DNA of 64,000 bases from Bythopirellula sp. (GTDB lineage Bacteria; Planctomycetota; Planctomycetia; Pirellulales; Lacipirellulaceae). Positions 28,219 to 36,995 of the stretch are shown piece after piece. How positions within the stretch are numbered: the stretch's first letter is position 1; every line of letters begins with the position of its first letter. The notes beneath the pieces were generated by a model that ran no database searches, was not told where the DNA came from, and saw only the letters and a program-made list of their open reading frames with translations. The stretch spans positions 2,560,001-2,624,000 of the forward strand of contig OZ244170.1 of NCBI GenBank assembly GCA_965216565.1, written 5' to 3'. A program made the position numbers and the translations under genes.

Positions 28219-29001
28219 CGTTCCAAACTCAGGACGTCTACGACCCAACTGACCTTGGAGACGTTGGACAATCGCACTATGCATCTGGCTCACGCGGCTT
28301 TCGCTGAGGTCGAGCGTCGAGCCAATTTCCTTCATCGTCATCTCTTCGTAATAGTAGAGAATAATGATGAGCCGCTCGTTGCGATTGAGACCCTTAGTGA
28401 CCATCCGCATGATGTCCGACTTCTGGATGCGACGCGTTGGGTCTTCACCCTTTTTGTCTTCCAGGATATCGATCTCGCGGACATCCTTGTAACTGTCTGT
28501 TTCGTACCATTTCTTGTTCAGGCTAATCAAACCGACGGCATTGGCGTCTGTAATCAACTTTTCCAACTCGGGGACGGTCAGCTCCATTTGGTTGGCCAAT
28601 TCGATCTCGGTAGGATGCCTGCCGAGTCTGGCTTCTAGCTGCTTGACGGCTTCGTTCAGTTTGCTTGCTTTGGAGCGAACCAACCGAGGAACCCAGTCCA
28701 TGCTCCGCAACTCGTCGAGCATGGCGCCACGAATACGTGGCACGCAGTAGGTTTCGAATTTCACACCCCGAGACATATCGAAAGCTTTGATGGCATCCAT
28801 CAAGCCAAATACGCCTGCCGAGATGAGATCGTCGAGTTCTACTCCGTCTGGCAATCGCGACCAAATGCGTTCGCCATTGTACTTCACCAGCGGAAGATAA
28901 TTTTCGACCAGCCGATTGCGCAAATCGCGACAGCTTGGGTCTTTCTTATACTGTTGCCAGACTTCAGCAATTTCTTCTTGTTGGGCGACAGTCGTTGCCA
29001 T
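28216..29001 (-). CDS. fliA: Flagellar sigma factor FliA/WhiG
   Basis: DDLISAGVFGL, KFETYCVPRIRGAMLDELRSMDWVPR, LSESRVSQMH; GGAGGA RBS. Confidence 0.95.
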   Translation of the reverse strand: MATTVAQQEEIAEVWQQYKKDPSCRDLRNRLVENYLPLVKYNGERIWSRLPDGVELDDLISAGVFGLMDAIKAFDMSRGVKFETYCVPRIRGAMLDELRSMDWVPRLVRSKASKLNEAVKQLEARLGRHPTEIELANQMELTVPELEKLITDANAVGLISLNKKWYETDSYKDVREIDILEDKKGEDPTRRIQKSDIMRMVTKGLNRNERLIIILYYYEEMTMKEIGSTLDLSESRVSQMHSAIVQRLQGQLGRRRPEFGT

Positions 29002-29136
29002 GCAATCCTCCGTGATGCTCTTCCTTGTGGAGGCCCGTAAGTAGTTGGGCATTCCCCAGGAAGCTGACTATGCGAAATTCCGTTTCCGCATTATTTGATA
29101 AGTTCTGTACAATTCTCTGCGATAGTCGCAGTTGAA

Positions 29137-29388
29137 TCAGCTAATCGGTTCCGTCTTATTCTGGCTTGGCGAAAGTGCCTCCAGTTCCTCTCCCACGAGT
29201 TTGACTACCGAATGATCGACCGTTGATTGAGCAATCATTCCGATAACCAGCCCCACGATGCCTAGCACACCCATCCAAGCAATCGCTGTGAGCATGGTTT
29301 CCTCGAAACTGGAGTGGTTCTTTATAGCTCGCAGCAGAACGACAAGCATCGCCACCAATGCCATGATTGCCGCATACGTGCGAGCCAA
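29137..29388 (-). CDS. Small two-TM hypothetical protein in the flhG-fliA operon
   Basis: TTG start with GGAGA RBS; two hydrophobic helices. Confidence 0.7.
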   Translation of the reverse strand: MARTYAAIMALVAMLVVLLRAIKNHSSFEETMLTAIAWMGVLGIVGLVIGMIAQSTVDHSVVKLVGEELEALSPSQNKTEPIS

Positions 29389-29482
29389 GATTACGTCTCC
29401 CGGGGGCGTTAAACTCTTCGCAATTCCGCCATCTTGACGGATGTTTGCAAACCTTCTGACTTTCAATCTGTATCGTCATTTC

Positions 29483-30355
29483 CTACGCCGATTGTTGAAG
29501 GTGTTTTAGCGAATAGTCTAATTTTTCCGACAGTGCTGGCATGGTTCCAAAGGATGTGCGTCCACTGGCAACGCGTCGGCTACTGACCACGCTTTCGCTC
29601 AGCAGGTCGCTAGCCAAGAGTCGCACGGCGCGCGTGTACTCTCTCTCACCGATAGCACCTACAGGCACCGGTTGAGACTCGACGACTCCCACACCTAGGA
29701 AACGCAAGCACGTGGCTGCGAATCGCGCGGTGATCCGGGCTGCAGAATCTTCGTTGTCGCATTGGTTCACTACTAGCTTGAGCTGGTTATCTGCATTTCC
29801 CCGACTAGCATGTTTCACCATGGTGTAGGCATTTGTGATCGATCTTTCTTCGGACGTAGTCACTAACACAATTTGCGCCGCAGCCTGCCACCAGTTCTGA
29901 ACCCATGGCGTCATGCCATTCCCAGTATCCACAAGAACGATATCTGCCAACGATTGCAGGCCTGTTAGCTCTGAGTGCAGACGGTTGAACGTTTCTCGGT
30001 TGAGCTCTGGCAGAGCATTCTCCACTGGGTTACCCGGCAACAGCAGTAGGCCATCGTCAAGCGTGCGGAGGGTTTCCTTCACCGTAGCGTCGCCACTTAG
30101 AACCGTCGACAAACTGCAGCGATTGTCGCTGCGATGTTGGTTGCTCAACAAGGGGGATTCAAGATTCGCATCGACGACAACAACCCGTTTGCCCAAAGCT
30201 ACCAGTTCCAAGGCCACGTCGGTCATCAGCGCAGATATACCCGTCGAAGCATCGCTACCGCTGATGGCAATCAGGGGAAGCCCTGGTGCCAAGGACGGCC
30301 GCGTATCGATCGTATCGCGGACTAGTTTACGGAGATGGTCGGCTTGGTCGGTCAT
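29483..30355 (-). CDS. flhG: FlhG/FleN MinD-like protein with a degenerate P-loop
   Basis: N-terminal DQADHLR, GKRVVVVDAN, VLVDTGNG, KLVVNQ; lies after flhF. Confidence 0.8.
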   Translation of the reverse strand: MTDQADHLRKLVRDTIDTRPSLAPGLPLIAISGSDASTGISALMTDVALELVALGKRVVVVDANLESPLLSNQHRSDNRCSLSTVLSGDATVKETLRTLDDGLLLLPGNPVENALPELNRETFNRLHSELTGLQSLADIVLVDTGNGMTPWVQNWWQAAAQIVLVTTSEERSITNAYTMVKHASRGNADNQLKLVVNQCDNEDSAARITARFAATCLRFLGVGVVESQPVPVGAIGEREYTRAVRLLASDLLSESVVSSRRVASGRTSFGTMPALSEKLDYSLKHLQQSA

Positions 30356-30360
30356 TGGTG

Positions 30361-30399
30361 AGAGGCTAGGTGTTAGGGGCTAGGTCTTAGGGACTAAGG
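30361..30399 (+). repeat. Heptamer tandem repeat
   Basis: AGAGGCTAGGTGTTAGGGGCTAGGTCTTAGGGACTAAGG. Confidence 0.7.
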
Positions 30400-30434
30400 A
30401 AAACTTGCCATCCGCTTGCGGTTTCGCGGCCGAA

Positions 30435-31541
30435 CTATTTATCTAAAATAAGCTCCGCCAAAGAGCTATCTTGTGCGAGGCGGATATCGTCGGGCACGTT
30501 TTGGCCATCGGTCAAATAGCTGATCGGCAAATCGCAACTGCGCGAGACCGATACCAAGTTCCCCAGCGTCATAGCCTCATCGATTTTGGTGACTAGGATC
30601 GAGGTTGTCCCGACCTTGGAAAATCGATCGGCGATGTTCACCAGGCTGCGAGCCCCGCCGACCGCACTAACAACCAAATGCACTTCGGCCGGCTTTGCCT
30701 CGGCCAACATAGAGCGAAGTTCTTGAATTCGCACTTCATCGCGTGGGCTTCGGCCAGCCGTGTCCATCAGCACTAGATCTAGGTCCGCCATTCTCGCAAC
30801 GGCTTCCCGCATTTCGCGTGGTGTGCTGACTACTTCCATCGGTAGATCGATGATCTCGGCGTATGTCCGCAATTGTTCGACGGCAGCGATTCGATAGGTA
30901 TCAACGGTAATTAATCCCACACGCTTGTTCTCGCGGAGGCGATAGTTTGCGGCCAGCTTAGCAATGGTCGTTGTCTTACCCACGCCCGTTGGTCCAACGA
31001 GCGCAACCACCCTGCCCTCTCCCACCGAGGTTTCGATGGGGTTGGTCGTCTTGAATTCTGAACTCAGGTATCGCTTCACATCTTGGCGATATTCGGGTGC
31101 CGTCAGGTCTGAACCACCGCTCTGCTGTAACTGTTCGATATATTGTTGAGCAATGCTCTCTTCGACGTCCGACTCTATGAGATCGGTGTAGACCTCAAAC
31201 AAAGCCTCAGGCAGATACTCAGTTTCCCGGTGCAAAGGAATGCCGTGACCCGATTCCAATCCAGTGTGCAGTTCCTGGAGGCCTTCGTATTCCGCGCTCT
31301 GCAGATCTTGCTGATACTGCTGGGCGTAAGTTGCCTGGAACGAATCTGCCATCGCAATTTGACTCGGCACTTCCATTTCGATAGATGCCGCGATTTCATA
31401 CTCACGTCGACCGAGCATGCGACCGAGAAGATTCGCATTCAACTCGCGCGTGTGCAGTACCGTGGCCTCAGGTCCAAGCTGCTCCCGCACTAAATTGAGC
31501 GCTTGCTGCATCGTCTTGGCTCGAAAAGTTTCGATCTTCAT
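30435..31541 (-). CDS. flhF: Flagellar SRP-family GTPase FlhF
   Basis: MKIETFRAKTMQQAL, GPTGVGKTTTIAKLAA, DTYR, DTAGR, TKIDE, GQNVPDD. Confidence 0.96.
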   Translation of the reverse strand: MKIETFRAKTMQQALNLVREQLGPEATVLHTRELNANLLGRMLGRREYEIAASIEMEVPSQIAMADSFQATYAQQYQQDLQSAEYEGLQELHTGLESGHGIPLHRETEYLPEALFEVYTDLIESDVEESIAQQYIEQLQQSGGSDLTAPEYRQDVKRYLSSEFKTTNPIETSVGEGRVVALVGPTGVGKTTTIAKLAANYRLRENKRVGLITVDTYRIAAVEQLRTYAEIIDLPMEVVSTPREMREAVARMADLDLVLMDTAGRSPRDEVRIQELRSMLAEAKPAEVHLVVSAVGGARSLVNIADRFSKVGTTSILVTKIDEAMTLGNLVSVSRSCDLPISYLTDGQNVPDDIRLAQDSSLAELILDK

Positions 31542-31552
31542 GTTTTGAAATC

Positions 31553-33634
31553 CTAGGCGTCTGACGCTAATCCGACTGTGGCGATCTGAGTATCTCTCGT
31601 GACTTCGTTAAAGCTAAGGACCACCAACTGCGACAAGTGGCTCTCGGTGATTTGTTTCAAGGCAGCCCGTATCTGGGGGCTGACCAGCACGATGGGCGTA
31701 TGACCGGCGGTGGTTAGTTTTTGCAGTTCGTTGGCGATGGCGTTGCAAGTGGCCTCGATCGCTTGCGGCGACATGCGGATAAACAAACCTCGCTCGTTGT
31801 GCTCGAACCCAGCGCGAATGCGATCTTCCATGGCAGGATCGAGAGTGATGACGTGCAACTTGCTCTCGGCATCCCGATAACGAGTACAAATTTGTCTTGC
31901 CAGTCGGTGGCGAACATATTCGGTGAGCAGCACGGGGTCCTTTGTACGACCCGCGTAGTCGCCAAGCGTTTCGAGAATCAACGACAGCTGGCGTACGGAA
32001 ACCTGTTCCCTCAGCAGCATCTGCAAAACGCCTTGCACTTCGGCAAGAGACATCGATTCGGGAATAAGCTCATCGACCACCGCTGGCTGAGACTGACGGA
32101 GTTCGTCGACCAAATGTTTGGTGGAGTCTCTAGTCAGCACTTCATCAGCGTGGCGACGGCAGATTTCTGTCAGGTGTGTGGCAAGAACTGCCCCGGGCTC
32201 GACGACGGTATAGCCCATCAGTTCGGCCTGGTCCTTGAGTCCCGGCAGAATCCAGCGGGCATCTGTGCCGAATGCGGGATCTTTCGTGGCGATGCCATCA
32301 ATCGCGCCGGTCGTCATTCCAGAATCGATGGCTAGTAGGTGCGTAGCTTCGATGTGATCGTTGGCGACCGGCATGTCGGCGATCTTGATACGATATTCAT
32401 TGGGCTCAAGTCGCATGTTGTCGCGAATGCGGACCTTCGGCATGATGATTCCGATTTCACTGGCGACGCTTTGCCTGACGCGCTGCACTCGTTCCAGTAA
32501 ATCGCCACCCCGTTTGGGATCGGCTAGCCGGATGAGTCCTACGCCAACCTCCACTTCCATGGGGTCGACGGTTAGGAAATCTTCGATTCTTTCTTCGACC
32601 GGAGCGGCGGATTTTTCGGCTTCTTGCTGGGCTTCGGCTTCCTTCTTCGTTTCAGACTTGTTCAGTACACGTGCCATTCCAAGACAGGCAGCTCCCATCA
32701 TCATCAAGGGCGTTCTAGGAAGATCTGTGGTGATTAACACTGCCAGAAATCCGCCTGTGATGGCCATCGCTTGGGGGCGCGAGAACAGTTGAGTAATGAA
32801 TTCCTGTGGCAGATTGCTTCGCTTAGTACTCCGCGTGACCAGCAAGCCTGCGGCCAAGGAGACGAGAAAAGCGGGTACTTGGCTAACCAAGCCGTCACCG
32901 ATCGTGAGAATCGTGAACATCTCACCCGCTTCGGAGATCGTCATGTCGTACTCAGCCATGCCGATGATTAGCCCACCGACGATGTTGATCACCGTAATGA
33001 CGATGCCTGCAATGGCATCGCCGCGGACGAATTTACTAGCACCATCCATGGCCCCGTAAAAGTCGGCCTGCAACGTGATCTCTTCCCGACGTTGCTGGGC
33101 TTCGTGCTCATCGATCATGCCGGCATTTAAGTCGGCATCGATCGCCATCTGCTTACCCGGCATTCCATCCAAGGCAAATCGTGCTGCGACTTCACTGATT
33201 CGTGTGGCACCTTTAGTGATGACCACAAACTGAATAACAACAATGATGATGAAAATGATGACGCCGACGACAATTTTACCGTCACCAGCAACAAAGCTGG
33301 CAAACGAGGTGATGACGCCACCGGCAGCTTCATCGCCGAATTTACCTGCCCGCGTGAGTATTAGCCTCGTGGTGGCGACATTGAGTACGAGCCGGGCAAG
33401 TGTGGTTGCCAGCAACAGCGATGGGAAAATACTGAACTCAAGAGGCGACCGAACGTAGATAGTCGTTAGCAAGACTATTACGGCAATCGTTATGTTGCCA
33501 GCCAGCAGGACATCCATGAGTCCAGGCGGCAACGGCACAAGTATCACCAGCACGCTGGCGATAATTGCGATCGGCAGAATGAGATCTTGAGCCCGACGGA
33601 TCAAGTCCGGCGCGCCCGACACCTCTGAAGCCAT
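31553..33634 (-). CDS. flhA: Flagellar export gate protein FlhA
   Basis: ITKGATRISEVAARFALDGMPGKQMAIDADL, FYGAMDGASKFVRGD. Confidence 0.98.
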   Translation of the reverse strand: MASEVSGAPDLIRRAQDLILPIAIIASVLVILVPLPPGLMDVLLAGNITIAVIVLLTTIYVRSPLEFSIFPSLLLATTLARLVLNVATTRLILTRAGKFGDEAAGGVITSFASFVAGDGKIVVGVIIFIIIVVIQFVVITKGATRISEVAARFALDGMPGKQMAIDADLNAGMIDEHEAQQRREEITLQADFYGAMDGASKFVRGDAIAGIVITVINIVGGLIIGMAEYDMTISEAGEMFTILTIGDGLVSQVPAFLVSLAAGLLVTRSTKRSNLPQEFITQLFSRPQAMAITGGFLAVLITTDLPRTPLMMMGAACLGMARVLNKSETKKEAEAQQEAEKSAAPVEERIEDFLTVDPMEVEVGVGLIRLADPKRGGDLLERVQRVRQSVASEIGIIMPKVRIRDNMRLEPNEYRIKIADMPVANDHIEATHLLAIDSGMTTGAIDGIATKDPAFGTDARWILPGLKDQAELMGYTVVEPGAVLATHLTEICRRHADEVLTRDSTKHLVDELRQSQPAVVDELIPESMSLAEVQGVLQMLLREQVSVRQLSLILETLGDYAGRTKDPVLLTEYVRHRLARQICTRYRDAESKLHVITLDPAMEDRIRAGFEHNERGLFIRMSPQAIEATCNAIANELQKLTTAGHTPIVLVSPQIRAALKQITESHLSQLVVLSFNEVTRDTQIATVGLASDA

Positions 33635-33889
33635 ACTTGGCCTCCGAGTTTAAATTTTGAAAAGATTGGTAGAAGAGTGGGCGGGAATATAGGGATACCT
33701 AAAGGTGGTGTCCAGACCGCTCAGTAGGCCAGCTCACAATGCTCCATGGAACAGCTAGCATGTGACTCTGTTCCGGTTATGTAGCTCAGGCAGTCTTTTC
33801 ACTCTCTCGGTGGAGACGAGACCAAGATGAGAACGATATAGAAAGATGGATGCATCTCTTTTCAGAAACATCACCGCCAACGGCACAAA

Positions 33890-34408
33890 ATGATTTCTAA
33901 CTTTCATCATCGATCTCAGCATGTCGCACTGGCTCTTTTGCTGGCAATGGTTTTTGGCACAGTGGGCTGCAATCGGCAGCAGAATACCGGCGAACCATTG
34001 AGCAACGTTTCGCCCCATTTGCTGCGACAGGTTGGGGAGATCCAATTTGTGAAAGACCCCGCGGTAGGATTCCAAATTGCGGCGGAACGAAAACTGCCTT
34101 GCCTGCTTTTCTTCACGGCTGAATGGTGCACCTATTGTCACGATATGCAGGAGACTGCATTCATCGAACCCGCGATCGGGGACTTGGCGAAGGGCTTTAT
34201 CTGTATCGAGGTTGATGCAGATCGTGAGAAATCGCTGTGCCAGCGGTACCGAGTGTCGGGTTTCCCCACCGTCCAGTTCATCGCGGCCGACGGGCGGGCG
34301 TTGCACCGATTGGTGGGGAGACAGTCAGCCAATAGTCTCGCCACCGGGATGCGGGCCGCGAGTCAGCGTTTTGCTTGGTTGAGCGGAAACTCGACCAAAG
34401 CTCTCTAG
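33890..34408 (+). CDS. Thioredoxin-like lipoprotein
   Basis: Lipobox TVGC; FTAEWCTYC; GFPT cis-Pro. Confidence 0.85.
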   Translation: MISNFHHRSQHVALALLLAMVFGTVGCNRQQNTGEPLSNVSPHLLRQVGEIQFVKDPAVGFQIAAERKLPCLLFFTAEWCTYCHDMQETAFIEPAIGDLAKGFICIEVDADREKSLCQRYRVSGFPTVQFIAADGRALHRLVGRQSANSLATGMRAASQRFAWLSGNSTKAL

Positions 34409-34608
34409 TCGCCGACTTCTCAGCGGTTGCCGGGGCTGAGCTCCCCCCGACGTCTTCTTCCATTTGGTTCGTCCAATTGGGCACTTGCGTCGATAGCTGT
34501 CTCGCGCGATACTCGTCGCTAGCAACCTATCCTCTTTATCTCACTCCTGAGACAGAGCTAACCTATTGCGTTCTGTCCGAGTGCCTTGGCATCCATCTAT
34601 GAAAATAA

Positions 34609-35562
<954 letters not shown>

Positions 35563-35728
35563 AGCCAACCGTTTGTAACACTCAATGCGGTCACCTGATT
35601 CTCAGGGCTAGCTTGGTCTTGTCTCGTAAGCAAGTCCTTTTTCGTCCTGACTGCCGACTTTTTATCCACCGGGTGGGTGCTAGCACTACCGCTTTAGGGG
35701 CGGAATGATCTAGATGTAGTGTACGACA

Positions 35729-35757
35729 TTGACATTTAGCAGAGGCTTGTCTACAAA
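35729..35757 (+). promoter_or_regulatory. Sigma70-like promoter upstream of the hydrolase-like gene
   Basis: TTGACA-N17-TACAAA. Confidence 0.5.
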
Positions 35758-36031
35758 CCTTCGTTGCGACCCGGATTTGTTCCGTACCCTGTTTCCCTGT
35801 CATTCACAAGCGTTGGGCAATCACCAACATCGGTCCTTGTTTCCGTCGTTGCTTGCTTACCACTATGTGGTTGATAGAATCGTGCGAAGCTTGCGGGTTG
35901 CTGCTGAGATCGCGTCACTCAAAGAGTGGGTATTGGGATAGTCATCCTAGGTTGTCTATCGGGAGACTCTTGAGAATCGAGCGACCTCGCACCCAGTCTC
36001 CGTCAAATCCCTCCAATCAATCCAGAGTCCT

Positions 36032-36802
36032 ATGAATCGCACACCGATTTTATTCGATTCAGACATCACGAACACTCTCACGCCATCATCTGCCGAGTCT
36101 CTGGGTTTCAACAGGAGCTTCGCACCCTCCGAGCAGCTACCTGCAATTGAAACGCCCATTGATGGCTATAGTTCCTTTGTTCCGACGCATTATGAGAGTG
36201 GCTACGCCTACCCACTGATTGTGTGGTTGCACGGCCCAAACAGTGATGAATTTGAAGTCCAACGGGCTATGCCGCATGTGAGCACGCAAAACTTTGTTGC
36301 AGTGTCCCGGCAAGGTAATTCCCCAAGCTTCCACATACCAGGGGCCTACGGTTGGGGAGATACACCTGGTGCGACCGCGGATGCTGCGGAAAAAGTGGAG
36401 CAGTGTATTGCTGCTGCCAAGACGCAATTCAACATTCATGCCGACCGAATCTATTTGGCAGGATCTACCACCGGAGGCACCTTGGCTTTGCGACTTGCCA
36501 TGGAGTATCCAGGGATTTGTGCCGGCGCTGTCTCCCTAGGAGGACGACTACCCCAAGGAAATCGTCCCCTGAAACGCTTCGGCACATCGCGCAAGACCCC
36601 TCTAATGATGGCAGTGTCCCCTAGTGAGAGCTATTCTCTCGAAGATATTAAAGGAGACATCAACCTGATTCACAGCGCTGGATTTCCTTTGGAGCTGATG
36701 CTCTGTCCCGAAGGCGAAGATGTTTGCACCGTCATGCTAGCTCATGTGAATACATGGATCATGAATCAATTCTGCCCACAATCCGCTGCTGCTAAGTGCT
36801 AG
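36032..36802 (+). CDS. Alpha/beta-hydrolase-fold protein (esterase-like, apparently degenerate active site)
   Basis: YAYPLIVWLHG, DRIYLAGSTTGG, GAVSLGG. Confidence 0.8.
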   Translation: MNRTPILFDSDITNTLTPSSAESLGFNRSFAPSEQLPAIETPIDGYSSFVPTHYESGYAYPLIVWLHGPNSDEFEVQRAMPHVSTQNFVAVSRQGNSPSFHIPGAYGWGDTPGATADAAEKVEQCIAAAKTQFNIHADRIYLAGSTTGGTLALRLAMEYPGICAGAVSLGGRLPQGNRPLKRFGTSRKTPLMMAVSPSESYSLEDIKGDINLIHSAGFPLELMLCPEGEDVCTVMLAHVNTWIMNQFCPQSAAAKC

Positions 36803-36871
36803 CGTTTTTCAGTTTTTGCTAGTTTCTCTTTCCTGTACTGTTTCGCTCTGCCTGCTCCACAACAACGTGGA

Positions 36872-36901
36872 TTGACATCGAAGCGAGACTTTCTGTACAA
36901 G
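36872..36901 (+). promoter_or_regulatory. Sigma70-like promoter upstream of the TPR gene
   Basis: TTGACA-N18-TACAAG. Confidence 0.45.
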
Positions 36902-36995
36902 CCTACCCGCTTATCTGCCGAGTCCCGGCTGAAAGTCTGGTATGCGCACTTTAGATTTCTCCTCATCACGATAGCAATACATTCCCAAACCTCTC

